The notes under the pieces were generated by a model, which had not been told where the DNA came from, ran no database searches, and saw only the letters and a list, made by a program, of their open reading frames with translations. A DNA stretch of 63,659 nt, counting the filler, from Choristocarpus tenellus KU-1152 (Eukaryota > Protista > Phaeophyceae), in the NCBI GenBank assembly GCA_964200185.2. It is 12 parts of 12 records of this genome, joined end to end, with 100 filler letters (N's around TTAATTAATTAA, not from the genome) between each part and the next. Parts side by side here need not be neighbours in the genome. Positions count along the whole stretch, not along the records: positions 11,458 to 15,601 come from CAXNAD020015999.1; positions 15,702 to 20,996 come from CAXNAD020011245.1; positions 21,097 to 25,825 come from CAXNAD020013306.1; positions 25,926 to 31,956 come from CAXNAD020009117.1; 8 more parts are not named here. One strand, given 5' to 3'. Shown piece after piece: positions 11,777 through 26,520 of the stretch. The number at the start of each line of letters is the position of its first letter. Position 1 is the first letter of the stretch. The position numbers were made by a program, and so were the translations under genes.

Positions 11777-12785
11777 GCTGATCAAGTCTTCGCTTCACGG
11801 GGACGGCCCCTCTTTGGCTAACACCAATGCCGCCATCTTGCAGGTGAGGCGTTCCAGTGTGTATGGGAGGAGGCGCCTTCCATGTTTTTTGTGGGAATAT
11901 TTGTCTAGTGTGTCTGTGTTTATGATAGTGATTACATTACTCGCGTCGAGCTTCTTGAATACTGTTGTCTCACTTGCATGCTGCTCCACTTCACTATTTG
12001 TCTCTCCTCCTGTAGAGCCAGGGCATGTAATTGAGAGGTGATGGAGTGGGTATCACTGTACGACTGTAAGATAGATTGATGGAGATATGATATGGTTTAG
12101 CTTACTTGCACTGTCAGCAGTTAAGTCTTGCATCCATACCAACCGACCAAACCCCTAAAATTTTAGTCAGTGGCGATCTCCGACTTGGGAAAATGGGTGG
12201 TCTGACACAAACTGGGGCTAAACTTTATGACCTGATTGATTTGTAGACAGATGCAGAGTATTTTACCGAATGGCATCCTTGTGTCGTAAAGAGAAAACCT
12301 TACTCTTTTATTTTTATCATCTCATCTCATATGTCCAAACCTCTCTCCAATATGTTGAAAAGTGAGAAAAGTCTCTTACTCTTCTCTTTTCTCATCTCAT
12401 CCCATATGCCCAAACCTCTCTCCAACATGTTGAAATTTCACCTTTCTCCAAATGGTGTCTCTAGCACATCAGTCAAGAGGCCCATGACTTCTTTTCTCGT
12501 GCTGCGTCGATGGACACATCTGACCCCAGCCTGGCTTACAATGCAGCATGCGCGATGTCGTTTGCAGGCAATGAAATAGGGGCCAGCGTTGCTTTGCAAA
12601 AGTACGCCCGCCGATTTGTTGCAAGTCTGCCAGCACAGGGTGTGGAACATGGTACAAATCAGGGTAGAGAGGAGGGAGTTAGGCTCGCCATAGCAGATTT
12701 GAGGAAGGATCCAGACCTGGAATTTGTAAGGGGTAGCCCTTGGTTTGAAGAGCTTTTGTCAAAGATGACTTCATTGATAACTTAG
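11777..12785 (+). CDS. TPR-repeat protein, last two exons
   Basis: Exons 11777-11843 (CAG|GTGAGG) and 12465-12785 (TAG acceptor, phase 0). AYNAACA...A...L and DPDLEFVR..PWFEELL match the YNxAC/DPDL terminal TPR motif. Confidence 0.75.
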
Positions 12786-15700
12786 TTTTGAGGCCCATAT
12801 TGAGCACCAGGTGTTGCCTTTATTTATAGCCTAGGTTGTTTTATTTTCTCCTCATCAGTAGGGGGTTAATTGGTCGTTACTGTTAAGGGATGAGAACCAT
12901 TGCTAGTGGCATTAACACTATCATAATGGCGACTACTACTGTATTTACATTAGGACGACAACACAAATTACTGGAGTACAAACCAGGACGAACCTGAAGT
13001 TTCTGCAGCTCAAAAGGTGGGACTTTGGTTTTGTAATTCTGATGAAGGAAAGCTGGTGGTATCTAAGGAGAAGGATCTTCGTAGTGATATTTTATACAGT
13101 GTTAGTCATCATCATGTTGAAGAAATGTGTAGTGCCTCTGGGATTTTGTGTTGTGTGTTGGAATTTGTTTTCAATCGTCCGTTGATACGCAAATATATAC
13201 TTGTGTCATCACACATTCATTGGCATGGACAGTACATGATACTGACAGCATCGTCTCGACATAGAGCTCTACACAGTGTACCTTGTAGTGTGAAAGAGAA
13301 GGTCCAAGGTACAGATTTTGATGGCACGACGAATGTTGGTTGTGGGGTGCATCCATTGCTTACAAGGTTGCCCTTCGTGACAGTCATCATATAGTTATCG
13401 CTGCTGTTGTGGTGATGTAGAAAAGTACTTCATTCCTTGTGTCTGTAGCACCAATATATATGCCATTTGAATCTTGTCCAGCCTCCCTTTAAAATCTACT
13501 TGATATTTGTTCAAGAACAGAATGGGTAGTTAGATCACTCATCCGAGCTCAATACATATACATTGTGTGTGTGTGTGTGTGTGTGTGTTCGTATTCATGT
13601 AGACCTTGACTCCCTTGTTCGGTCTGGAATGTACAACACGCATGGTCGCAGCTCTTCATGCAAGAATTCTATGTTATAAAGTCCTACTTCTACACATCTG
13701 GTAGGAACCCAGAAGGTCAAACATTAGAGGGCAGTGTGCGAGCAAGGGAGGGGACGGGGTTATGGGTATTTTTAATGAACTCTCACCTACCCTTGTTTCA
13801 TGTTTTCTGCTGTTGTTGCTACTGTGTTTTGGTTGCTCCTAACACTCTTATTGCCAAACGAATTACACAACAAGGAAGATACTCATTCCGAATTGAGGGT
13901 GAAACCAAGAAGCAGGAAGTGGAACTGCAACCCAAATCATGTTAGTGATGGGAGGCCATTCTTCTACTTTCTACAAGCATGTGTATGGTACACAATATCG
14001 ACCCCCCAATGTTGGGCTGAAGTGTGACTGAGGGTCTCATAGCCTTTCGATTCTTGAAAAGTCATGTTCCAAATGTTAGAAAATATCGTTTGATCCTGTC
14101 GAGCTCTGAAACATCATTTCTTTTTCCTGTTCCCTTATGTTCACACTATTGTTGACTTGTCTGCGCTCAACGGTTGGCCCTTCATGCATACAAGTATTGA
14201 TATAATGGTATTACTACAGATTAACTTTGTTCTGCAAGTAGTAATTGTACATTGTCGAGGTAAACACCCCCAATTGGAACGATGTAGTGGTCTCAATGCT
14301 CAAAAATTTCACATGAAGACAGTTAAGATTGTTCGCTGGATCTTTCATTTCGATCCCTTCATAATTTGATCAAATAAAAAAAAAAGTTGACTGACTCAAA
14401 AGGAGGAATGCAGGCTTAGTAGGGCTGAACAAAACGCTACAAAAATATATTTCGGAAGTTCAATATAATAACCAGATCCAAATCTGCAAATTCATCAGTC
14501 TAATCAACTGAGAGGTAGGCAGGGTTGAGTGACGGTTGCACTTTCAGGATCCCGAGAATGGATAGACGTCAATTTGCACGATGCCAGAAAGAGTCATTGC
14601 CTGATGGTGGTGGTGTCACTTTGTGTGTAGAAAGAAGGGGAAATATCAATATTATTGCATGCAACAACATTGTCCACATGAACCAATGAGATAGAGCGTG
14701 TTGGACGGGGTAAGAAAGGTGGCTTAGAAATGCAAACGTGTCCAGACCTGCCTACTTCTTCTCAATTGGTTTGACACTCGTTGCTTCTCAAAACCATCAG
14801 GTAGAATCAATGCCTGTAACATCCCCCCCGATGTGAAGCATTGATCTGCTTCAACACGAAGATCAAGCAATTGCATTGAGCAGTGAAGGAAACACCTACC
14901 TCTTACTCATCCTACTTGGGATGCAATAGATGATTTGAAATGAATGTCACATCCAGATCCTATCATACCTGCAGACAACATTGAGGATCCAGGGGAAGAG
15001 GAGACCTGGAGAAAAAAAAAATCCCCACTCGAACCTAAAGTCACTCATTCTGATTTGATTCGAACTTAGTTCGAGCGAAAAACTCCAACACACCATATAA
15101 TATATTCTAAACAAACTGCCTGCAAGACACCTCTTTCTTTTAACAGAAATAAACAGGGACAAAAAGAGAGGTCATAATTATTATGTAAGGAGTCAGGAGT
15201 CAAAGTAAGTGAGAGGTTTTTAGAATTGCTTTTTAAGAATCACGGCAAATAGGTGTAAAATTCGGCATTTTTTTACAAAATACAAAAAATCCGAATTATG
15301 TCGAAATCTTTCAGAAAGAAACAAGTAAACTATCTCAACTCAAACTTAGCACTTCATCCAATATAAGTATGATGGGTGAATTGCAAAAGATGAAAGCACT
15401 GTCTTCAAAAGCAAAACGGACAAAAACTGGGTACGTCTCGTTTACTATGACTCCAAACCGATTGACAGGTAGGCAGGGCTGCATTTTAAGGATCTCAAGA
15501 AAGGGCAAAAAGACGCTATTTTGTACTATAACAGAAAGAGCATTTAACAGCCGATTCCAAAAATTGAGGATGGAGCTTTTCATTGAGGATGGGCTTGACC
15601 CNNNNNNNNNNNNNNNNNNNNNNNNNNNNNNNNNNNNNNNNNNNNTTAATTAATTAANNNNNNNNNNNNNNNNNNNNNNNNNNNNNNNNNNNNNNNNNNN

Positions 15701-17064
15701 NGTCTCGCGGGTGGGTTCGGAGTGCCGGCAGTGGGAAGAGGGGGGGGGGGAGGGGGGGGGGGGGGGGGGGGGGAGTAAGGGAGTGCAAGGCACATGAATC
15801 TGATCGCAAACAAGTTGAAACGTAAAGGTCCTTTCACGGTGTGTAAAGTCACCTAGGAAGGACTATGGGATCAAAATACATAATACATAATATATATATA
15901 TATATATATACACAAACACAAACAAGTAATAGCTCAATAAAAACAAAACAGTGCGTACTCCAGCATATTCCAAAGCAAAAAGAGATGAGGATATTAAGAG
16001 CCAACACTCTCACGTATTATGAGGTACGGCTTGCCCTGGAAACTGGAAAGCACTACAATTCATTCAGTGTGAAACCGCAACTACCCATAGGTAGAAATTA
16101 TCGGCACGTGAGAAGGACTTCGAGGGTACTGGACTCACGTTTAACACCATTCGGAACAGGTGAGCAGTGCAACCCAAATTGTTCAACCAGGGCATAGAGC
16201 TTGGAAAAACACTCCCCACCTCACTGAACTACCTTCTTAAACAAGAGGAAAGAGCATAAGGGAGGGTCACCTCTGGGTTCCTCATGGAAAAGTGGACCAG
16301 GTCAGACCTTCCAATCTAAACAATCCATCCATTGATACCACAAGTCAGTGACGGAAATAGAAGGTGCTTAAAGTCCACGATAGTTACACAGGGAGACATC
16401 TCAAAGATCAAATCTACGCAAGGAAGAGTGGAGAGCGTAACTCCTGCCGAACAATTCATCAGCGCAATTTTATTTCCTATATTGAGATTCAAGTCACCCT
16501 CAGTACTCCGGGGGNNNNNNNNNNAAATTTCATAGGGGCTTTTTTTTTTCATTTAATGAGATACAGGTCCCACGCAGAAGGGGGGGGGGGGGGGGGGTAG
16601 CGGCCAATCGAGCCATTATATTTGTGCATGAAATCTGGGAGACTCAGGGAAGAACACAAAAAGTCACAGGTTCTCAGTGTGCTTTTCTAAGGATAGTTGT
16701 AGTGGATACAAAGTGCAGGAGTCTTCCGCTTCAAAGCTCCCATCTTCTTTTCAATAGTGTTAGAATCAGGGTCTTCTAAGTGAAGGGGGGGGGTACCAAT
16801 GGACACTTCAGGGAACAAAACTGTGATTAAGCTCCATCTACACAACAGGTTGTAACAACATGGTACAACAATTTGGACTCCAGTAGTCGTGAGCAGGTGA
16901 TGGGCATGCCTTGTGGGTCTAATAGTACCGACAAGGAGAGATGCAAGCCTTGCAATTTGCCTTCAATTATCAGAGAGATTTGGAGGGGGCGGGGGGTGGG
17001 GGTGGTTGACGAGTTTGAAAGGCTAGCAGATCCATGAAAGATACTAAACAGGAGGGCACTCCAC

Positions 17065-20000
17065 CTTGTGCAGGTAGGGGCGTGCATTTGCAGGCGCCTC
17101 AAAAGCAACTCTGTCTGTTCCAACAAAATCGTCGCCCACCCACAACCAGCTCTCATCCCTCAGCAACTGCTTAACCTGTGTTGATATCATTCAACAAATA
17201 TCTGGTTTCAGTTTTGGATGAAGAGAATAGATGGCTTTGTGTGTGTGTGTGTATGTGTGTGTGTGTGTGTGTGTGTGTTGGGAGGGGGGGGGGGGGGGGA
17301 ATTAGGGGACATGTTTGAGTGTGAAAAGCAACAATGAGGTAAGAGTACAGTCATGACACCAATGCATGCATTCGTAAGGCAAAGGGGAACCAAAGCAAGA
17401 GCAGCCTACAAGTAAGAGAGTGCAGTACAGATAGGTATTAGTCTGAAAAAGGGAACGGAGGGGGGGGAGTTGGGAAGCATCTTCACAATCCTCCTGCAGT
17501 GTCACCTAACCTCTCTTACCTCCACAAATTCTGGAGAACCAAGCAGAGTGCCGAGGGCTTGGTAAAGGGTAGGAGTAACTGTCGCCAGTTGCTGTCGCAT
17601 CAGGCTCTGATTAGAAGGGTGACCCTCAAACGACTGCTTCCCATAAACAATCAGATCCACGAGCCATCCCGTCGCAAAGAGGCAAAAGGGAATTCAAAGC
17701 ACGATGAGTACTTGTAACACTTATCATCAGAGGAGAAAGAGAGGAGAAGGCGTCTTCAATCATGAATAACACGGGACCTATTTAGACGATCTCTAATGCA
17801 CACAAACCACAAAAATACTCTCATCAGCTTTTATTTTCCCCTTTTCCCCTTTCCCCCTCCCCCACCACTTCCCCCTGCCCATCCCTACCCATCCCTACCT
17901 TGAACTTGTGAGAAAGCGCAGCAAGCTGTACTGCTGCTATCTTTCCAGAAATAGGCTTATCCCAACCAAACGCCATCAGCAGGGCCCGATTGCTAATGTT
18001 TCCTCTCAGCAACATCAGGCGAGAGCTGCATAGCCAGGCGTCTGACTCTGGCCTCACCAGCAGTGGGGCACCAACTCCTGGGTTTGACCGTTGGACCTGG
18101 AAAGCAACAGCAACGTGGAGTGGTAGAGTGGGGGGGAGTGAGATGGAAATGATAAGGACATTGGCTATGACACCACGGGTCATAACAGCATCAAAACTAA
18201 CAGCATCAAAACTAACAGCATCAAAACGGCGTATTTGGTCTCCTACACAGAAGCACCCAAACCACCCTACACAGGTCAGGGGGTACAGGACACAAGAAAG
18301 CCACCCCTATTTCACTAGAAAATCTGTAACTGCATGTTTCAAGTTGACGCATCTCTTCTCCACCCCTTGCAATATAGAATGCACCACCTACTAAAAGGCC
18401 CTCTAGCTGGGTACAACAAGAGACTCCAACTCACCTCAACAGACACCCTTCACACACAAAAACAACATGCACCTCACTCTACACACTCACGTGTAACTTC
18501 CATCAAGAGAACAACCCCCTTTCCACCCTCACACCCATACTCACCCTCAAAGGGAGCAAATGGCCTTGTGGTCTGTCAATCACAGGTAACCAAGCAATCC
18601 TGCTCAGGTCCTCCACAAAGGTGCAAAACGGCCTAGCACTCCTTTCCCTCCAAGATTGCCGTACTCCACGCTCCCCCCTGCCCTTCCCCAACGACCTCCT
18701 AGAACGATCATTCGTCCTCCTCACACCCCCTTGACCACCACCGCCCAACCCCACATCATCCCCTTTCTCACCACTAGACCACAACACCCTCCCCTCTGAA
18801 TCATCCCTAACCCTATCCGACCCTCCCTCAAACTCGCTCTCCGATGAAGACATCAAAACCTCCACCTCCTCATCACTGCTGCTGTACCACCCCTCAGCCC
18901 GACCCCGTGAATCCTCCCCTGACATATCCACAAGCCATTGGCCCCCTTCCCCAGCTTCTATGAGCAGCTTATTTGCACGGTGGTCAACAAAGCGTAGCAG
19001 CTCCCGAGCACGACTCAAGGCTGCATCCCTCATAGCAGCCTCCTCCTTCTCCTCCACAGCACTTTCCATCAAGGAACCTCCACTCCCGCTCCCAACCCCA
19101 GCACTGGATTGTAATCCTGCTGCCGTCTTGGTCCCGATGTGAGCAGGTTTGTTATGCAGTGCAGCCTCAATGGAGAGGGCAGACTGGATAACTCCATCAC
19201 AGGTGAGACTGTCACGAAGACCAAGGGACCTCAGTCCAGCTAGTACCTTTATTTCAGAGTGGAATACAACGAGGGGAGGGGAGGGGAGGGGGGGGGGGGG
19301 GGGGGGGGATCCAAAAAGGAACAATTTTGTGAGAGAGATAGACGTAAGAGGAGGATGACAACAACGACGGGAAGCAGCAAATAGAACCAAAGCAGCAAGA
19401 GGTAAGAAAGGACATCAAATGTACAAGATAGATCAATCAACTCAGCTGGAATTATGAGACTGGCGTACACAGTGTGTATACGAATAGAAACAGTCCCGAT
19501 TCAAAACCGCCTGTAACGGTACCATTCCAATCAAAGTAGGGAATGAGCAAATTTAGCGCGAGACGAAGCAAGCACAGTGAAGGCACGACCACAATAGCAC
19601 ACCCTCCCCCTTACCAATATCTACCGGCTCAAATCCCTTCAACGCAGGCAACCTGCAACAACACGTGCACATCTTCCACACCATGTTTCTCTTCTTCCAC
19701 TCACAGCTGAAGATCTGAATTTCACAGAGGGGAACGCCTCCTCTGCCAGGAGACCCTGCAGCTCAGGAATGGCGGGGTCATAAAGGTCACACGCACGAGC
19801 CAGCACCTCCCCGTTGCTGCCCCCAGTAACTACACAGGGGACAGCATGCAGTGAATCCTTCAGCAGCGGGTCTCGTGCACAGAGTTCATCCAATTTAGCC
19901 AGGCTCGAAGCAATAGCCTTGTCTCTGGCAGCTGGGTTTCGAGACCGCCACGGCAATAGTCACAGGTTAGGGTTAGGGGTTAGGACTGGTGAAGGTGGAC

Positions 20001-20944
20001 ATTGAATCTTAGAGGTAGGGAGGTTTACGGTGCGGGTAGACATGGCACGGCATGCGCTGGAAGAGGCACAACAGACCGCTTGGAGGAGTCAAACAAACAA
20101 AAAAAACGAGTGGTCAACCCTTGACAACAAATACAACAAGTAACACTTGATATTCCAAGTATCAAAAAATATGTATCGCCTTCCATGTCTAAATCGATAA
20201 AATTAGAAGGAAAAAAAATATATTGAAAAAACAGGCACACAGGATTACATTTACAATCTCACCGGGGAGCAGGGAACCCTCAGCCACCATGGGCAACAAG
20301 TGCTCACGGATGAACGCAGCACTGCTCACCCTCTGCACGCCCAGTGACTCCAGCAGCTCCCCGTCCTCCGGACAATCCTCCTTCGCAAAGTCAGGCCCCA
20401 GGAGCAAAGGGTCATAGTTGGCCCTGGGGGGCAAGAATAGCCTAGCCGTCCCTGACACAGAAACATACCCTTGCCCATGCCGGCCTCCCCCTCTCTCATC
20501 CTCACCCCTACAACCATGAACAGGGAAGATGGGGAGAGCACGCAAGAATTCTCGGGTAGAAGGGAGTTCCCCCACCTCTCGCAGGCGGCGGCTTTCAGAC
20601 AGGAACTCCCTCAGCGCATCCCTGCCCTCAGAGCCAACTGCAGAAAAGCGAGAATCCACCAGGGCACGGGCACTGCCCCCAGGGCCAAAGTCAAGGCCTT
20701 GGAGATCTCCTCTTCTAGCCTTTGAGCTGTCTCCTACTTTGTCCACCTGTTCTGATCCTGTGCTGCTGTGGGTAGAAGCTGTTGCCAATAGGGGGTGATC
20801 TGGCGGGAAAAATGCTGCTGAGAGGGCAGCGAGGACGCCTTGCGCTGTACATGGCCTGACGTACTCTGCAACCAGCGGATTGTGCCTCTGGCGATGACCT
20901 AGAGCTGGAGCATCTAGAATCCACACATCAAGGGATGAAAGAGC
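17065..20944 (-). CDS. Sacsin-like protein, internal exons
   Basis: Phase-consistent exons 20944-20263, 19931-19705, 19246-18545, 18096-17899, 17633-17520 and 17175-17065. Motifs FLRALPIF, LLESLGV, DLYDP..PEL..LL..EAFP, LRSLGLR, IAWLPV, VRPESDAWLCSS and WLWVGDDFV...VAF....PYL are typical of sacsin repeats. Confidence 0.82.
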
Positions 20945-21096
20945 CTAGTTGTTGAGGGCAATGTGGGAAAGGGAGGAAGCGGGGGGGGTAATGGAGNNNN
21001 NNNNNNNNNNNNNNNNNNNNNNNNNNNNNNNNNNNNNNNNTTAATTAATTAANNNNNNNNNNNNNNNNNNNNNNNNNNNNNNNNNNNNNNNNNNNN

Positions 21097-24000
21097 CCCA
21101 AAGAAGCCCCCCCCCCATCCGCTTGCCCCCCCCCCCCCCCTCATAATTGCAAGGTCCACCTCTCTCTTCTCTTCCGGGCTAAAGCACAAGATTGTCGCTA
21201 CCACAGGGACCAGACGTGCCCGGTCATTGCCCTCAGATGTAACAAATTTCTTCACCACATTCTTGAGGTACTTCATCTTCTCCTCAGAATGCTCTCCAGA
21301 CAACTGCGCCCCCCTCTCCCGATCGCGTTCCAATCCATCCAAGCGTAGCTGGAGCTCCGCCTCACGCGCTGCTTGTGCAGTCAGTTCCGCCTCCTTCTCC
21401 TGAAACCTTTCCGCCAGTCCCTGAATCGTGTGCCGAAGGCGTCCAGTTTCCTCATCTCGCTGTGCTTGCATTCGGGCCATCTGCAAGAGTTGCTGCTCTG
21501 TATGTCGCGATGCTGCACTGCTGACAACGTTGCTGCCACTTCCCCCCCCACCCGTTTCTAACTCCACCTTATTGACACCGGCTGGGTTCACTGGCAACGA
21601 CCTGCTCTCTGTCGCCCCAACATCCCTAGCAACCCTTCCACCATTGACCCCTTCATGAGGCGAACCAACAACGACTGGGGAGAGCCCCCGACTCAAACCT
21701 TCCACCTGATGTTCTGTCCCACCAAGGAGGCGTTTGATCTCTGCATCCTTTTCCGCCAACAGACTGCGAGCGAGTTGCCCCTTTTGCTTCACCTCGCGGC
21801 GAGCCTTCTCCAGTTCCCCCTGTGCTGTGGACAGGTCCTGGTTCAACTGGGTAACTGCGGCACGATCGGACTCCAATTGGGCCTTGGCCGCAGCAACCTC
21901 TGCCCTTGCCCCCGAGATTCCTTCCTCAATGGCTTGCTCAAGGTTCCTTTCCAGTTCTGAAGCTTGAACCTTGGACTGTTCTGTCCTTTGCCTGGACTCC
22001 TCCAACTGCTGTTCAAGCTTTGCCACCTGCATCAGTCGTATCACAGGAGCGGCGACAAGATGTTACATCACTGAAGAATATATACGGTGTTCATCAGGGC
22101 TGATTGATACAGAGGCGAGCAAAGCAGGAGACACCACGTATTATAGTGGGCAGTTCATAACCTACTGCTGTATTCTAATATTTGATTGACCCGTGCTCCG
22201 GCAGTGCAAATAAAATAAATCATGTTTTCGGTGAAAAAACTGTCTCTCTGTGTCCTCAGAAAGTGAAGCCAAGAAGTGGAATCAAATCCCGGACAGGACA
22301 TTTCTTGGGCACCTCGAAGGGCCTGCCCCAAACCACCAAGAATTTCCTTTGCTGCCTCTCAGGTATATCCATACTCTCCGCACAGGTGACAGTTACCTAC
22401 CAAGACCCACTGATCACGGTCTTACTGACGTACCAAGCAACGAGACCCGATCAATCAATCCACAACTCAATAAAAAACACACAACATTACCTGGAGTAGT
22501 TGGGGCAAACCTTTTCCACATACAACAGCAGGCAACAATGCAAACACTAAGCACTACGTTCAGCAGATGTCAACAGCGCAGTGTAACACACCTTCGCTGC
22601 CCAGCGGTCTTCAGAGGCAGTGTGCTCATCCTGTATCTTGCGTACCCTCTCTCGCTCAGCAGTGAGCTCTCCCTCTGCCTTGGCAATACTAGCCTCTGCC
22701 TCCCGCTGCGATGCTGCTGTGTTCTTGAGGGCTGTGTGGGCCTGAAGTGCATGGCAGGGAACAGCACAGTAAATACAAAGCAGGTGCAGTGAAACAAGGA
22801 ACAAGGAGGAGGAAGAGACAAGATACTGTCACGCCATGAACAACTTACCCCAGAAGTGGGAGAGGTGTTGGGTGGGGGGGCGGGGGCGGGGGCGGAGGGA
22901 TCAAGCACAGCAGCACAAACAGTTGCGGCAAGTACCCAGACCAAAAGTCCCAGTTACAACCGCTCAACCATGTACACAGACAAAAGACATCGTTGCAAAA
23001 CAGTTGCTGCAATATCTTCGAGTGAGTCCACCCCCCCCGTCATACCAATGTATCCACATCACACAAAGGGCTGGTCAAGGAGTGATTATGTGTGTGAGTC
23101 AGCTTCTCACCCTGGCTCGATACGTGTTGAATGCCTCTGTATTACGGGTAAGCTCAGCCCGAGACTCCTCCAGTATTGCTTCAAGTTCCCCTCGAACACG
23201 CCCCACCTCTCCTTCCGCCACCTCCTGCAGAGTAGGAGGCATTTCCAGATTCGGCGGCGACCCTTTCTGTAACGCCACGAGCCCTCCTTCCTCACTCCCC
23301 CTCGCGGCCATTACCCGTGCCAGTTCCCCTGTCACCCACTCATCCACTTCCTCCTGAGCCCTCCACTCAACGATCACCTTTGTTGGCGGCGCCGAGCTCT
23401 CAGCATCACCCTCCTCCTCAACTCCTCCCACCTGGCTGTCATCCTTCTCCTCCAACTCCTCCCCCTTCTCCTTCTTGAACTCTTCGGCATTGTTGCTTCC
23501 CACACCACACGATTGCTGACTCGACCAATGATACTGCACCAAGCACCACACCTGTGAGCTGTGTCCCACCTCACCATCCTCCTCCACCTTTGCTCCTTCT
23601 CCCACCGCTTCAGCTCTCACCCTGAGCAGTACCTTGGGGGGGGGGGCACTGGCACCCGCTAGAGTGGGAATCTCTTTTGCGAGAACCTCCTCCTTAAGTT
23701 GAGCGACCAGGTCATTGGCGGTGCTCAGTAGGCCCTCTTGTTCCTGGAGGGCATAGTGACTTTCGGCAATTGCCTGCTTCTGGCCCTCAAGTTCATCGTT
23801 GAGCTTTTTTACAACCCCCTTTGTGCGTGTGCAATTGCAGGGGGTACATGGAGTTTGCAAGCGCAGAAGTAGTATTAGTAATATAAGAAGAGGAGCAGGG
23901 AGGAGGACAAGAAGCAAAGCCAAAGGGACTACAAGCGAGGTATTACCACGAGGAAAGGGAATGGAGGGCAATGGGGGCAGGGCAGTAGGAAGTAGGGTTA

Positions 24001-25440
24001 GGGTTAGGGACAAATAGTATTAAGACGGCAGGTTAATGTTGATGGTTTGTAGGAGAAGGTAACTGCTTTCAGTTTCAGCATGTACAACATCAGGTCCAGG
24101 GGAGAAACGATCGTGACTCTATTGCATCAGGGAATGAGCACAGGGGGATGAAGGGCGTGGAGACTACTCCATGCGTGGGAGTCTCATCCCTTTTTCTCAA
24201 CCTCTTCAGCACTGCCACGTTGGATTTGCTAGCTCTGTGAATCGGAGCAACTAAATCAAATCAAGTTGATGAGTTCAATCGAAGCAAAAATCGATGAGTG
24301 ATAGGCTGGTCGAGATCGGAATTGAAGCCTCTCAACTTGTCGACTGTATTCTCACAACTATGAGCAGTCCCCTGAATTGCTTTAAACCTCCTTGTGTGCT
24401 TGTGTGTTGTGGGGCTTGGTGTTTCTTTTCTGCAAGGTCAACCTAAACTGTGCGATTGGTATTTGATTCAAAACAATTGAGTATGTGGAAGCATTTCAGC
24501 CCTCTTAAGCTTGTTTTCACAAAATATTTTTTGGTTCACAAAACCATGGATTCCTTTTCATATCCATAGAGCCTTGGTATCAACTCCTGCCCCATGTCTC
24601 TTCTATGGTAACTGCACTGAGACGGAAACTATCGGTGTGATACAACCTTCGCAGGCATTGGTAAAATGAAGGAGTACAACAGATGAACTGCTCCTTCGCA
24701 CCAAAACCAAACTGCAGCAGCAAGCACAGCATAGGGACAGAACCACAGACACAAAAAGACAAGCAACACTTCACTGCCAATTCTCTTGTTTCCCAAGGAG
24801 ATGGTGATACAAACGCAAGGCCAATCAACACAACACACATCAAACTGCGATTAACTAAGGCAAACAAAACACAGACACAGATACAGACACAGACACAGAT
24901 GCACACACACACCTCATAAGTCTCTGCCTTGCCCGCGAGGGACTCTGCTGTAGCCAGGTCAACTTCTCGTGCTGCCTCTACACACCCCAATCGCCACCGT
25001 ACCACGCACAACCTCACCGCCAAGCGCCCCGCCAACGCCCGAAACCGTTTCGCCTCAAGCTTCCGCACCCCGGCCCCAAGACGTAGCCCAGTCTGTCCTT
25101 CTAACAGACAATCACGCTCCCTACAAAGGGAATTCACCTCCTCCGAGAGCTTCACAATGCGCCCCTCGTTGGCCTCCATGACAGCACCTGCTGTGTCAAG
25201 CTCCTCCCTTGCAGAGTCTCGTTCTTGACGGAGCACCTTCACTACGGCAGCAGCCTCCGCCTTGGCAGCTGCAGCGGCAGCCTCTGCATCGCTTAATGAC
25301 TTTGACGTGGTGTCTCTCATCTCTTTGTACTTGCCAACGAGCTGGGATAGCTTTGACTTTGATTCCTGGCATCTGTTTTCAGCATCTGCGGCAGACAAGC
25401 GAACCGCCTCGCCCTCCTTCTCCAGCTCTGCCACCCTAGC
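21097..25440 (-). CDS. GRIP-domain coiled-coil golgin, 3' exons
   Basis: Exons 25440-24913, 23818-23111, 22741-22592 and 22026-21097 (truncated by contig end). Long heptad coiled coil followed by YLKNVVKKFV...RARLVPVVATILCFSPEE (GRIP domain). Confidence 0.88.
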
Positions 25441-25797
25441 CTGAGAGTAGATGTTGCCATACGTTGGGCGTTAGGGTTAGGGTGACTGCAGTTGGAAGAG
25501 AGGGATAGGATTAGGGTCAGGGTTCTTGAAAAGTATTTGTCTCTCTTGAGGGAGGAGGGGCAAGCATTGACATCACTGTTGGTTCACACAGGGTCAGCAA
25601 AATGCTGTACTTGGTAGGGCACACGCAAGGGTTAGGGTTTGAGCAGGTGGAGGCGAGAAGGCTGGGGAGACATTTCAAGGATTAACTACTGCAATATATT
25701 TGTAGTGCAGGGAGGTGGTGATGGGGTAGGGTTGGAGACATACATCCTCCGAAGGGAAGGAACATATTGTTTGCTTGATCAAGGCACCTTGCTACCA

Positions 25798-25825
25798 GGG
25801 TCAAAGTATCTGAGGGGGGGGGGTT
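25798..25825. mobile_element. Family-B TIR plus poly-G at contig end
   Basis: GGGTCAAAGTATCTGAGGGGGGG. Confidence 0.75.
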
Positions 25826-26422
25826 NNNNNNNNNNNNNNNNNNNNNNNNNNNNNNNNNNNNNNNNNNNNTTAATTAATTAANNNNNNNNNNNNNNNNNNN
25901 NNNNNNNNNNNNNNNNNNNNNNNNNTCCTGTGGGTCTTCCCGCTCCCCTTCATTACGAAGAACCTGTCGGCTGTTTCCACCTGTTTCACACTTGGCGATA
26001 TCCATTTCTCTCCAGAATTACAAGTTAAGACAATGTTCCATGACCCCCACAAAATATTTTTTGCTCGTGTCTTCCACGACTCATTTGACTGGCAGAGGAG
26101 TCAGCGATATTAGGACATGCCGAATACAGAAGATTGTACTTCGATACGTAGTGCTACGTAGTATGTATGTATGTTTGCCCTGTTGGTCCATTTTATTTCA
26201 ATTGTAAATTCGCTGACAAAATCTCTACACTTCATAGAACTCATTGAAAACCTCTGGTAGATGCTGGTACAGAAATAGGAGGGTGAGGAACAGTCATGAG
26301 AACGCCACAAAGAAAGCGAAACTTCACGATGGAGGTTATCATGTTGTACTATTGTAGTATTGTGGAGTTGAGCGGTGGTCACCAGAAACAATATGTCGTA
26401 TTTTGTGGTGGTTAAAAAATAT

Positions 26423-26494
26423 ATCACGCTCCAGGTTTCGATCCTGGGACCTCGAGGTTATGAGCCTCACACGATTCCCCTTCGCCAAACGTGA
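26423..26494 (-). tRNA. Atypical initiator-like tRNA-Met (CAT)
   Basis: Cloverleaf TCACGTT-TG-GCGA-AGGGGAA-TCGT-G-TGAGG-CTCATAA-CCTCG-AGGTC-CCAGG-ATCGAAA-CCTGG-AGCGTGA-T with all stems paired. T-loop has A54/A60 as in eukaryotic initiators; T6 terminator at 26419-26414. Confidence 0.85.
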
Positions 26495-26520
26495 ACATGT
26501 TACTAAATGTTGTCGGGTTC

